In this document: positions 50,575 to 63,500 of the stretch, piece by piece
Position numbering within the stretch: position 1 is the first letter of the stretch
Layout: every line of letters starts with the position of its first letter
Origin: Paecilomyces variotii
Taxonomy: Eukaryota
Strand: one strand, 5' to 3'
Length of the DNA stretch: 64,000 bases
Assembly: GCA_004022145.1 (NCBI GenBank)
Contig: RCNU01000003.1
Notes under the pieces: generated by a model
What the model was told of the DNA's origin: nothing
Seen by the model: only the letters and a program-made list of their open reading frames with translations
The model's database searches: none
Translations under genes and position numbers: made by a program

Positions 50575-51687
50575 ATTGATTGTGAGATTGTGGTGCGGAG
50601 GAGGTTGATGTATGATCCGATGATGGCAGACACAAGAATCTGTGCGAGTGGCTTCCCCGATCGACTATCCAGAGGCGCAGGCCTAAGCAAGGTCCGCAAT
50701 CTGTCTGTCCTAGGAGCTTTCCGGAGACGTGTCAATCGTAAAAGGCACGGGCTGCTTAGCGATCACATCTGTCAGCAAGCAGATCTCCTCCAATAGTTAC
50801 CCAACAGACATACAAATACAAACGCGCCATCTTTGCATCATTGTGCGGATTTCAGCAGTGGGAAGCAGACTTACATTCTCAAGGCAAAAAGATGTCAAGG
50901 CGCACCCGCGATCTCTAAATGCCGGAGTTTCAATAGAAAAGAAAAGGAGAAATCAATGACGCAGAGAACCGGGCCCTGAAGCTCGATTGTTCAGATAACA
51001 AGGTGCGCAATAACTGCCGTCCAAGTACGAGTTTGTCCAGGAAAAGCCTGGTCGTGTGAGTGTTAGATAAGATGATAAGGACGTTTTCTCCTGCGTGGCA
51101 GGTGTTCTCGTTTAGCTTGGACCGGTTGGCGCAGGGAAAGGAGGAAATGGCTGCGGCTAGTCCGGGGGGATTGCTAGAGTGGGATCGGCGATCAAGGACT
51201 GTGCCCTCAGGCTTCACGTTACTAGGTACGGAGTACGGAGTAGTTAGTGAGAGATTTCCAAGCTAGGCAGAGACGCGGTTACTTACCTAGATGACGTCCA
51301 CTTCTAGAAAAGGGTGTTTAATGCCGTTAACTACCCGATGTATGCTTGTAATTGTATGTATCCCCTGCGGTTGAGGACGTTCCTAATCGGTCTGCGGCTC
51401 GTTTCACGTGACCACTGGAATTAGGCAGAGAAGCTTAATAACTAATCTAGTTAAAGAGCCTCTAGAAGATAGTTAAGGGGCCCTAAGACCTAGTTAAAGA
51501 CAACCCCTAAAATAGTTAAGCCATCGCGTGTAACTATGGGATAGCAGACTATCCGCATAACCGTTTAGACTTTAACTTCACTCATTGTCCTGTTGCCCGC
51601 GCATATTTCTTTTTCTTTATGCACTCATAGGAGGCTCTTTCTGCGGATAGTACTGGTATTGTATATCTTAGCATAGAGAAGCATATC

Positions 51688-53145
51688 TCACCCGCGACAA
51701 CGCTCAAACATGCGCGGCAAGTCGATGTTTTCAGGGCCCCATGATCTTCCTTCCCACACCTCTTCATTTGGCCTTTCCTCTTTTTGGATCCCTTGAGCTA
51801 CATCTTCAATCTTCCTCCACGCACGAAGTATATTTTCACCAGCCACCCCACGTGCTTGCGCATCTGTTGCACCGCGCGCTAGAAGAGCCGCGATAAGATT
51901 GGGATATTGAGAGGCGTCCTATTGAACAGTTTCAGTGGCATGTCAGTTTATGATTCCGTGCAAGAGAACAGTCAAAACAGACCTCTAATCCTTTCGGAAC
52001 ATTCGGCGTCCCATCAAAATCGGAGCCTATGCCCACATGATCCCACCCTGCTAATTCTGCAATTCTCATAATATGATCAACCACATCCTCGACGGTAGCA
52101 TTCTCCGGGTGCTCTATGTTGAGAAACCGAGTCACGAAAGGCACCATGATCACGCCGCCATTCTCCTTCATGCTTCTCAAAACGTCATCTGGTGCATGTC
52201 TCAGGTGTGGCTCGACGCTATATGCCCCAGAGTGCGAAAATATGACGGGTGCGCGTGTTATGGCTATTACATCTCGCATTGTATTGTGGGACACATGGGC
52301 AAGGTCGATCATCATCCCTAGTCTGTTCAGCTCTCTTACAAACTCTCGACCAAATGATGTCAGGCCCTTATCCTCCTTCCCTGAATCCACCGTAGTCCAG
52401 GCCGTACCGAAGGCGTTATCGCAATTATGAGTCAAAGTTATATAACGAGCTCCCATGTCGAACATTATTCGAATAGCCCCTAGCGAATTTCCCGTCTGGT
52501 GGCCGCCCTCAATACCAATCATACTAGCAATCTTTCCAGCATTAAATGCAGATCGAGCACAGCTAGGTGTTGTGCATAGTTGAAATGTATCGGAATATTC
52601 TGCCACGAAGCGCTTTGTTACGTCGATCTGTTCCAGAGTATCCCGAACTGCCCACTGTGATAGACAGATGTTTAGCTCCAGTATATTGCAGACCGAAAAG
52701 GTTCGAGGGAATATTCAATGTCGTCAACCGTACATACATTTGGATCATCTATTCCAGGCTCAACTGGTGCTGCCTCCGTTACGGTCACTGCTCCGGGACA
52801 TGGGACATAGACGCTCCAGAACTGCCCTCCCATCAGGCCCTTCTTCATTTTGGCAATATCGGTATGACTGAGCAGTCCATCTCTGAAGCTCGACCCGTAA
52901 ATCTTGTTTCTGAGCTGCTCCCGCATCAAATACGGTAGGTCGTTATGGCCATCGATCAATGGAGTGGTCGATAGAATATGTCGCGTGCGCGCCATGTAGT
53001 CATTAGGGTCAATTTCATTCTCGATGAAGGAGAGAAACGACCAGCTGAAAGGATTGACATATGCAAAAATTATAATTATCGAAGAAATAAAAAGATATAA
53101 CGTTGGAAATGATCTTTGTGAGCGTTGCGCGGATGCCCCGTCCAT
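51688..53145 (-). CDS. Membrane dipeptidase (peptidase M19), 3 exons
   Basis: N-terminal [56 protein letters not shown], and tail PNEEVWEGR. Confidence 0.92.
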
Positions 53146-54010
53146 TTTGAAATCGACGGCTGGGTGAAGCTCGTTTTTAGAAGGGTGAACGGTCGTTAAG
53201 TGATTAGTCTTATCCCTATAATTTATGGGTAACGATGCTCAGCACCAAGGCCATCTCAAGAGGATAGGAGATGGAATATTCGCCAGATCACAGTCCGCAT
53301 GCGATGTTTCGGCGGACTCCAACTCGGCTATCTTCTAATCTAATCGCAAATTGGAAGCGAGGAGATAAGCATGAGGATGCGCCCAGTTAAGTACAGTTGC
53401 GATGCAATCGGGCTAAATCCGCATCTATTGGTGGACGTTCCCATCCTCCATAGATTACCCCGTGGAATAAACCAAGACCCAACTCCGGAAGGAAACAGCA
53501 GTTACTAGTAGTCAGCATACATATATGGAGATAAATAATTTATGAGACCATGGATCAGAAGATAAATTAGGACGCAGGTACTTAAGCCGCTACCTAATGG
53601 GCAGGAGACTAGTACTACAACATAATAAACTACAATTTCATTGTAGTTTTAGGTTACAGGTCCATGTGAAGCAAATCTCTCTTGGCATGGTTTACGCTTC
53701 TCGACTTGTTGTGTCAAAAGTCACCTCCAATCTAACTAATACATACTTTATAACATGCGTAACTTTGATGTTGTAGAGAGACTTTGGGAGATGCGGTGAC
53801 ATCATTTCGTAAACCTTCCCTAGAAGCCGAAGCATAAGTACCTTGTACGTTTAAATACCGGTATATTGTCCAATCCTGGAGACTTATAAACCAGGTAGCA
53901 TAACCGGAACGATTTCTTTAGATTTCTCATGAATATAGGAGCACCCCGACTTCGGCTCCAGCTGCCTGCCACCACAAGCGGAGATTATCATATCCAGCAC
54001 TTCAGTCATC

Positions 54011-54886
54011 ATGGCAGTGACAGCAGGTAGGAAGAATAACTATCAACAGCTATTGCATGTCAGTCCTGCAACTAGTGAATACCAGTATTGCGGGGAACAG
54101 CACTTCCTTGAAGTCTTTGACAGTGAATATCATGCCTTTGAGAAAGACACGACTGGCCGTAGAAGCCAGTTCTTTATCATGTCTAACGTGGGCGAGAAAA
54201 CATTTTCAGAGACTTTCTCAAGCCCTGATCCGCAAAAGAGGATTTTCAGTAACTCTTCCTTCGAATACATTCCAGACCACAGTCTACTTCTCGTGAAGAT
54301 GAGGACTGCAGTCCATGAGCAAGCACATGAGGGCCTCAATACTCTGATTGTCGGCAAATTCACACTCATGAATGGGTTGGGCTTACAGCTGCAACAGATG
54401 GGACAAGTCTCGATTACATCGAACGGGCGCACGAAAGCAGCTGATAAGACGTACCGCCCCAAGGATCTCCCGCAAGGCCGCTCTCCCCTCTGGCCCACGG
54501 TGATTATCGAAGCCGGATACTCTGAAGAGAAAGTGAAGCTTGCGGATGACGCTCGCTGGTGGCTGTTGGAAGCAGATGGTGACCTGAAGACAGCTCTCAC
54601 CATTTCTATTCATACAAAAAGAAAAGAGAGCACCGTTGAAAAGTGGGAATTAATCCCACGGCCAACACGGCAGGACAAGAATAAGAAAGTTGCGGAAGTG
54701 ACTGGGCATATTGTTATGTCCCAGAAAGAAGATGACCCCATCGACGTGACAGGCCATCCCCTAACGCTTCCTTTCGAACACTTCTTCCTTCGTCCCGCTA
54801 ACCCTGGCGAAGGGGATATTATCCTGGATAAGTCGGAGATGGAAATCATCGCGGAACTGGTCTGGAATGTACATCCCAAGGTTTGA
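54011..54886 (+). CDS. Hypothetical protein, Uma2-like / PD-(D/E)XK nuclease-fold candidate
   Basis: 291-aa ORF: MRTAVHE...GRTKAADKTYRP...WPTVIIEAGYSEEKVKLADDARWWL...TALTISI. Start is uncertain (possible upstream exon from ATG 53929). Confidence 0.6.
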   Translation: MAVTAGRKNNYQQLLHVSPATSEYQYCGEQHFLEVFDSEYHAFEKDTTGRRSQFFIMSNVGEKTFSETFSSPDPQKRIFSNSSFEYIPDHSLLLVKMRTAVHEQAHEGLNTLIVGKFTLMNGLGLQLQQMGQVSITSNGRTKAADKTYRPKDLPQGRSPLWPTVIIEAGYSEEKVKLADDARWWLLEADGDLKTALTISIHTKRKESTVEKWELIPRPTRQDKNKKVAEVTGHIVMSQKEDDPIDVTGHPLTLPFEHFFLRPANPGEGDIILDKSEMEIIAELVWNVHPKV

Positions 54887-55339
54887 GATATCTGGGCTGG
54901 CACTCTGAATATTGCTACTTCTTGACTCAAAATAACATGTTTTAATCTCTAGACAATTCGATAACCGCTATATCCTCGTCTAAATATTTTAACAGACCTA
55001 GGGGCCACTCGGGACCTCTAAGGAGTTCCCCTTTTTGGTCTAGTCGTGCAGTCGACTTCCGTCATACTTCATATACGCTGCATCCAAATCTATCTCCAGA
55101 ATTATCGAAATCATTTTTTGCGATCGCCTCGGTCGCCTCGACGACCAAAATGCCAATAGGCATTTGAACTGGTTCCCTGAGATGCCAATCTTAATAGAAA
55201 GCAGCTCATTGGGGGAAAGAAAAATACAAGAAAGGTTGATCGGTGCCTTTCCCAGAGCAAAAGCTTAAGACAGAATTAGACACGATGCTAATCGTGCTAT
55301 ATGTCTTTTTTCTTAACATTCTGTATAATTTATTGTTAA

Positions 55340-55700
55340 CAGATTTCCTTTTAGGGAGGCTAAGAAGTTGGACACCACGAAAAGTGGCTTGCCACAGCTC
55401 ATAATCTATCTTGCTGCGGTTCAGGACAGCCGAAAGCAAACTGTAAAGCCGAACTACTCAGTTTTCGGAATTCTGTCCAATTCTGAGGACGTCATTTTCG
55501 AGCATCTATATTCACAAAAAAACCTCTTCGTCTCGAGGCCTTACATGTGGAACTGAGAGAAAGCTATCATTATTTAATAGATCAATAAGATCCTTTTAGA
55601 TGCAATTCATCCATCTCCGCATACAACGCCCGTCAAGACCGCAAATACCAGCCTAATGGCCCTATCAAAACTTGCTCAATCAAGGCTATCATTTTGGACC
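55340..55700 (+). pseudogene. Decayed PD-(D/E)XK-like (EAK motif) fungal hypothetical-protein gene fragment
   Basis: EAKKLDTTKSGLPQLIIYLAAVQDSR...VFGILSNSE...YMWN*EKAIII**INKILLDAIHPSPHTTPVKT: coding-like frame continues through 3 stops. Confidence 0.5.
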
Positions 55701-56354
55701 AGCGGGTGGAACAGTCGAGATCCTTGAGGATGATCGGATTCAACGTTATGCAATTGTTCATTCCCTTGAGAGTGGGCACTAGGTGCCCACTCCTGATTAC
55801 GCCAATGGATGATCCAGACAATGTTGGGGATGGAGAATAAGCGGAGATCACACATGGGCATCCGGATAACAGCTCGAAGTAAATCCTTTCTCTGCTGCGG
55901 GAGAACGCCACATCTAATCATTAACAGATAGATGAAATCCACTGTATATACTCAGTCCTTTTGAAGATAATATAGAATGCTGGTGCAACTAGAACAGCAG
56001 GAATGAGGCATAAGCTCTGGGATGGTTTGAACGGAGATCACTTCTGATAGAGAGAAACTCCAAAGGGAACAGCGTGGGAGAAAAGGATAAGTAAACATGC
56101 CACTTGGAACTAAATGATTAAGCTAGATGTTAGAACAGATTGTTTGTTCCCAAACAAAACTACCACCATTTTATTGCTGTTACTAGCAATTGCACCTGGC
56201 CATGTACAGAAATATCAAAGAATATGCACCAATTCTAGCACCCAGACTGTCCTATTGCTGGAATTTAAAGCCCCCGCAGCCGGAAAATGCAATGCAAACC
56301 TATATAGATATAAAAACTTCAAAATTCTACTACTGCTTCTCGAATCTGGCGTGT

Positions 56355-58199
56355 TCACGTCCGTGACCTGCGCGGATCCGTAGCCTCCTGTCTTCTCCAG
56401 TCCCGGGACTCTTTCGTACCCATGCTCCCCAATCCGCCTTCCAGCCGACGCTCCCATCCACCTAAGCGTACAACCAAGCAGGTCGCGTTATCGCCTACAT
56501 CACTCACCTCCGTAGCAAAGTTCACAACATCTTTGGCTCCTTGGTCGGGGGTTTTGGCCTCTTTGATAATATCTGCAACTTCCTGATCCGACAGAGCATC
56601 ACTCACTCCGTCTGACATGAGCACAAGAAACGAGTACTCTGCAGGTCCCATTTCAATCCGTCTGATCTCCGGTTCTGCAGAAACGCCGATCCGCTTTGAC
56701 CGAATGTCCCCAAAAGCCCGAGTGTTTGCTAATCCGCTCATGCGTTCTTCGCCGAAGGAATCGGTGACAAAAGTTGCCGCATATCTGCGCAATCGACTGC
56801 CCTCAATAGGTGAAGACGGGTGGTGAACAGAAGTAACCGGAATAGCCTCGCCACTGGCAGTGGAGCACAAGAGAATCCTCGTATCGCCAACGTGAGAGAT
56901 GAGGAGGGAGGACGGGGCAGAAGGGTGCCAAAAAGGTATCGGTGTGGGAGTTGAGATCATAGCAACGCTGCAGGTGCTTCCACCCTTGAACCTTTCACGC
57001 CCTCCAATCTGCGGCGTTCGCGTTCGACTAGGTTTCTCCAGGATCTCGTCTTCGTTCAGCGGTTTGTCTGCCTGGACAACGTCGCTGTCACGCTTCGAAG
57101 CTTGCGCAGAGACAAAGTCAAGGTCCGCACGAAGGAAAGCGTATTCCATGACTTCTTCAATGCTGACGCTGCTATTTGTCTCATTCTTATTCGCAGGTGT
57201 CGAGCTATCTGCACGGCTTCCGCACTCGTCTTCCCCGTAGTAAGTGAAGTGAGCGGGTCTAAATCGCCTGAAGTACCCTCCTACAAGGTATTTCCATTCG
57301 TCCAACATGCTCCTCTCCAGTTCTCCGATTCGTCGCCTATTGCCGTGCTGCATAATGGGCAGTGCGGCATCAGAGTCTTGTGCATCTTCGTACTGCTCCC
57401 CCAGTAACTCAGACGAAGCGGCGTCATCCCGTCTCCTCAAACTTGACTGCAACTCAAAATCTGCCGCTGTGTCTTCAATATATGTGTGCAGACTATCCCG
57501 CAGAAATTCGCTGCACTCAGAACCACCATGGCCATCAAATATCCCGAAGTAGAACACCTGGGGATCTCCGCTTGCACTTTCCGCTCCTCGAGTTTCATTC
57601 AGAGGTGCGTTCCGTCGCCGAATTGTTAAAGATCGCGGTACTCGCTTCGCAAATGCGGGGATCTCAATCACGCCAGCCTGGTACGTGTCTTCATTGTAAG
57701 GACGAGATCCTCTGGAGAAAGAAGCCCCAAAGTGATGCTTAGCACTGCGAAGCGGAATTCGGACAACGGTTGTTTCTCGTCCCGCCAAGGGCTGTAGTAC
57801 GGCGGGGGGCTGCGATATTTCCCCCGTATGAGGCGTAGAAGCTGCACGAGGAAGTTTGTGAAAGGATGGAGACGGCGCTCTCGAATCTGGATGCAGAGAC
57901 GACGATGGTAGGTGTGTCACGAAATAACTGTGGAAATGCCGCCGCCTAGGATTCCGGCTGCCATTGCGCAAGGATTCGGAAGAATGGCGGCGTGCGAACA
58001 ACGCGATGAAGCCTGTTTTACAAGATACGGTCAGAAAGATCTAATAATAGTACATTGGCAGAACAATCATGACATTGCCCTAGGGATCGACTGAGGGGAT
58101 CAAAGATCAGGGCAACGAAGAGGAAGGCGGCAACGCACTGTAACTGTCGGCCAGCGTCCAGACCGCGATGGTCGCTCGCTTTGTGGAATTCGCGATCAT
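56355..58199 (-). CDS. ptc6: Mitochondrial PP2C-family phosphatase (Ptc6/Aup1-like), 2 exons
   Basis: SRGSRPYNED, GIFDGHGG, GGSTCS, SHVGDTR, LANTRAFGD, LMSDGV, GDNAT. First exon MIANSTKRATIAVWTLADSY joins in phase via a GTGCGT...CTGAC...CAG intron. Confidence 0.9.
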
Positions 58200-59097
58200 G
58201 AAGATATGATCATTGAGCGCGTGAGGTTGATGATGCCGTAGTCTGAAAGAGGGAGTTTTCGGCTTTTCCAAAGCCTTGCGACGGGGGTTGAGCAGGTCGA
58301 ACTTGCGGACTGGCAATGGCCCGAGCGCTGTCTGCTCTCTGAGTAGTTATTCAAACTTGAGTAGCACAGAGGGAAAACGGAACAGTTGATAAGCGGAAGT
58401 CCTTTGTCTTCCAGTGTAACGAACTCGAGACCACACAGCACAGTGGGTGTTAAAGGGGAATATTCCAGATGTTGAGCCCAGCCACTTTTCGCTGGCCGGG
58501 AAGGTTGCCTTCCGCCAGGTTTGGTTCGTCCTTTTCCGTGATATTTGCCGTTCACCAAGTTATCCGAGGCCGTTGCGCAATGATACCATCCAACAGAACT
58601 AAAGATCATAGTGGAATTGTTCCTTTTTAATTGGCTCTGTTTGAATTGCAGAGCCAACCAGATCTGGGAAGTAGTAAGTTTCTGCCTATCGAAAGGTCCT
58701 CACATGCGCATTTGATACAATCTGCCAACAAGTCGCACCGCTGTAATGGAGTAATCATATTGATCTTTGTGAGAATGAAAATCCTACTAATATGTGATCT
58801 GGTGCCCTCTGCTTGCATAATACAGCAGTAACTAACTAATACCACAATACAAGTGAAACAACATGTAGTCTCGTCACGCTGCGATAGAGCAAAAAGGCAC
58901 AAAGGCCCGAGAAAGGAAATAGCACTTTTATCCCTCAAGCATCTATTCAGATGCATATGAAGGCCTTCAGAATGTTTGGCATAGGTTATGGGATATTCAG
59001 TTTACATTGTTATCATCTATCGGCCGAGATCTGACATTGAAGAAAAGAAAAGATAACTTGATTTAAACAACATCGTTCTTCTGTTAAACAAGTAAGC

Positions 59098-60519
59098 CTA
59101 GCTTTGTGGTCTAGGAGCTGGCTTCAGAAGAACATTGCCCAGGTGAATGAGCTGGATCTGCGATGAAGAACCAGAATTGTGCCGCATCTTTATTATGGGC
59201 GTGATCCCAAGCCTAACGCGCGCTCCATTTCTCATTAAAACAGCTGGATCTCCTTTCATGACTGTGTCCCGATTAACCATTGTTGTTTGGTCAAAAGTGT
59301 CGTTGTTCACTGGGAACTCCAGTTTATATTCAAACAGTGCCGAGAACATATCCAGCGACAGACCGTGGGCTTCTGACACAATATTGAAAAGGTCAGACCA
59401 GGCATTAGGACCTCCTTCGTAGGTAAGGGGTCCGATAAGCTGCCACAGCTTCTCAGTGCGCTCGTTGATGCGCCTTCGTGTAAACTCTGAGAACCCAGCC
59501 TTCCGTTTGACGTTATTCACCTGATTCGCTGTTGCAATATGCATCATGTTCCTCACGGTCACGGGGGTGTCTACAGATACCAGTCAGTCATCCTTCTCTA
59601 CTACCTCAAAGTATTGTCTGCTACCTGGGAACAGTTGCTTCTTGATCTGACCAATCTCGGAGTCGGTCACTGAATCGAACCCCTTCACGACGGTAATCTT
59701 GAGCACTTCACGCACGAGGTAGAAGTTGATTGCTTTAGCAACCAGGTGGAAGCGGGTGTCATCGGTACCTAGCAGGTTGAATGCACCGTGAGTGTCGGAA
59801 ATGACCATCAGATAGTTTTTGACCCTTTGATCAACTTTGCTGTCCTTTCTGACGTCCGGCAAGTTTGCATGAACTTGGCCGAAAACCTCAGATTTCCGCC
59901 AAAGTTCCTGAAATCTCGAGACAAATCCAGTAGAAATACGATTGTAATCGAGGTGCGGAAAGGAGTGAGTGCTCATGAACGAAGTTGCACCATCAGGTGC
60001 CGGTGAAAGCCTCAGTTGCTGATGTGCCGCTGAACCCGTACTCCCACCAGAGGTCGGAGCGTCCACTGGGAGTTCAAATTTCGGGGGAGTCTGGTCGAAA
60101 ATCGAAGGCTGTCCTCTAACATTCCCAAATGGGCTCTCTTGAGATCCATGACGAAGGGGGGTCATCGGAACACTTGCTGGACGCTTCGACTTTGGATCAG
60201 ATATAGTCTTGCTCTGATTGCTAATGGTGATCTTCTGTCTCTGGATGGTTTCCTCGAGCTCGGAGATCTGACTCTGGAGACGACGAATGGTGTCGTTGTT
60301 CCTTCTGATCGTTTTCCGAGCATCATCGAGTTCGATTTGTGCTTGTTCAAGCTGCCGCAGCGTTGCTTGATGTGTACCTTGCAGCTGTTCGTAGTCACGA
60401 ACCATCACACCGTACTGTCTGGGAGTTTGAGGAATAGTCGGACCAGGGCTTCCCAGAAACTGGTTCCGACTAGGTGTCAATGGAACCGGCAGGTGAGGAG
60501 AACCGCATGATGACTGCAT
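59098..60519 (-). CDS. Fungal hypothetical protein with N-terminal coiled coil, 2 exons
   Basis: Two long ORFs joined by a GTAGCA...CTGAC...TAG intron (~59573-59624). Heptad-rich segment YEQLQGTHQATLRQLEQAQIELDDARKTIRRNNDTIRRLQSQISELEETI. No family recognised. Confidence 0.7.
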
Positions 60520-63500
60520 CGTATACAGCGTATACCGATACTCTAAGACGATAGCTTAAGGTTGAAGGTTGAAGAACGAGGTGACGAAGAATTGCGATGA
60601 TATGTCAAGGAGAATCTTAAAAGCAGGGGATATTTTGAAGTCTGCGCTCACTTTTACGCTCTGGTACGCGTCCATTAGCGCCATTATACGCGTGCATTTG
60701 CACATCTAACTGACAAAGGAAGAGCTGGGCAGTGAGTTTACTCTAAAGCCTCGTGAGAAAGCTCGTAATGAGGCTTTATTGTGTTCCTACTCCACCTGGC
60801 CTTTATGCAGCAAACATTCCTTGTCTATGCTTCATGCGCAAGGTATACTGAGAAGTTTGTGTCACAGAATGCACGGCTCCTTCTTGGGGTTTGGTTGCAA
60901 TATGGGCTGCTCTACCTCTCGGTCCATAAAGAAGTCTGTATGTAAGTATTTAGACTCTTTATATTCAGGTTATTAGTATATCAGAAGGCTGGTTTCTCCT
61001 GCGAAAATGTTCACCAAATGCATGCTTGGATATCATGCTGATTATAATGATCTACTTTCATTTATACCTTCTTCCTGGTTCCATCGTGACGATATCTTGG
61101 TTTGAAGAGGATGGATTCCGTCAGTTGAAATGCAGCCGGAGGTGTCAAATGCACAGATATCAGATCCTCCTTGGAAACCACGCTCCATAGAGAAGAGCAA
61201 GGCTTAATATCTTCGAATGCCGTCGCACTGGATGTCGCCAGGCATGTTTTTGAACCTTGAGAGCTTTGCCGTTGAGCCTCTGGCGAATAAGCTGTGACCG
61301 AGTTGAGCTATCTCCAGTTCCAACTCATAATAAGGTGTGTATGCTGTGCAAGAATAAGCTTTCCCATGTTATATCTTGTTTCTGGAAAATATAGATACTT
61401 TTCTCTAACAGAAAAGACATTACTTAGGTTCCAAGATGAGAGATCATAAATGTCGAGACAGTTCCTGGCTCTGGATTCCGGATCCGCAGTGATAGACGTT
61501 CGGCCTTTTTTTTCTTCTTTACGAGACACTGGATTTCACGCACTATCTATCTTCCATCGTTCATGCATTGACCTTTATCCACCGGGGCACTTTGACCGAA
61601 GACTGAATAACCAACTTCTACCTGAGCCCAGCAACTTGTAGGTTAGGGATGCTAGACTACTGGCAGCCCTTAGTGGATGCAAGTATGTGGGATCCATACT
61701 GGAGGATAGATCGTCATCGTCTCAACTGGGTTCCCCTCCTTTGTCCATCGACTATTGATTGTCTTTATGTTTCAACAATTCGAGATACTTAGCCACGTCT
61801 GTTCACAATCCCAGTTGCGGCCTCGTTTCATTTTTCCATAAATGAATACAATATGATACATTTACGAGCCGATTTGCTAAACATATGTGGACCTGTCGGC
61901 CTTATCTATTCCAGTATGGTTCATAAATCGATATACCAAGGTTTCTGTTTCCGGCTCTCTGTCAGAATAGCTAGATATAAAGTGAAAAATTGCAATCTCT
62001 AGAATGCGGAGTAAAAGATCGGAAATTGGACTCTGCTGAACTCGTCGTACTAGATAATTGTGACATGAAGCGTTCCGCCAAACTCATGGTTTGCGTGCAT
62101 CTGGAGAGATCTTTCTCCATTTGTTGTATTTATATTTATCCAGCGCACTAGGATCTGGACGGCAATATTTGGAACTTGTCCTTCGGTAGCTATGCTCTGA
62201 TAGTATCCACGAAGCCTCTGACCCTTTGTTCGGCTCTGCTATCCTTTCCTGACGTTCGGGGAGTTTGCATGTACAGTGCTTGGCCGAACGCAACATCATA
62301 AGTACTGCCATTCATCATATCAGCTGGCGATGACTGTTCTCGGGACACTATACCTTCGTAATGCAAGTGATATTGGTGACCATAGAGCTTCCAAGTGGGT
62401 GAGAGAGGCACAGCCGCCGATCCAGGTAGTTGAAGATTCTGCCATTGTCTCGATGTAACAAATGGCTAGGCGTTGACACATCCAACTACTACCGGGGTCT
62501 TTGATGTGGAAGAGGCAGACCCCGAGAGACACACCCGGTCAATTCCATCGCTCTGATGGAAATCTAGCTTTGTGGTCTAGGAGAGCTCGGGTCCAGTAGG
62601 ATATTTCTCAGGTGAGAGAGTCGAGAAGTTGGATTTTGTCATCTAGCCTCGAATGTGGAATTGTTGTAATTGTGAGGAACGGGTCTCATAAATTTCCAAG
62701 CTCCTCTCGAGCCATTGGACATATTTATACTTCAAGAATGCCTCGACAGGATTCGTGACGATGGCCCAGAACTGTTCAAGAAGGGGATAGAATCAGGCCA
62801 ATGGATCGAAAGTTTCAGCTCAGAGACCCGACAAAGATCAACACCTGCGATAGATGTTGAGGCAGTGCGATTTCGGCTAGTTGTTCCCTATCGAATAACT
62901 TATGATTAGGAACCTTTTTTGCTATATGAAAAGCTCCCCATTCCGAGCGCAGTAGCTGGGAATGAATAAGGAGATAACTTACCCGGGTCTCTATGGTTCT
63001 GCTCCTGTTGATGGGTTTCGGCGATTTCGATCTTTGGGGTCAAGTCTAGGTACTTATGGATTGGATTGACGGACGCCAGTCCTGGTATTATTCTGCGAGA
63101 AAAGAGAACAATACGTTCTGCGTCATTGGCATGGGGAAGAGACAAAGTTCCTGTATATACGAGACAAGCAGCAACGATATATATTGAGGCGCGTGTTCAG
63201 CGAAGGTATATCGGAGTCCGAGCTAACCACCCATATCAGAGGAATAGTTGGTCGCTCGGTGGAGAGTGTAGTAGTTCGTGATGAATGGCTGCTACCAAAT
63301 CGCAACCGCACCAGGGAATGACCTTGAGAGCAACGAATCGATCTGCGTACTCAAATATTAGCGATTGTCAGAGTCGACGTGTACAAGTCAATACAGGCTA
63401 GGATGAAAACAGCGTTTCTCTAATTTCAAGAGTATGAACTTTCCAAGTATCATCCAATGGAATTCAAGAAGTTGACTCAAACTTAGCAAAATTCCTTGAG

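Noticed and set aside
51688-53145. GliJ-like dipeptidase indicating an ETP toxin cluster; possible frameshift in the A-run near 51785
   Set aside because: No NRPS or tailoring genes nearby. Recounting shows the frame is intact ([11 protein letters not shown]).
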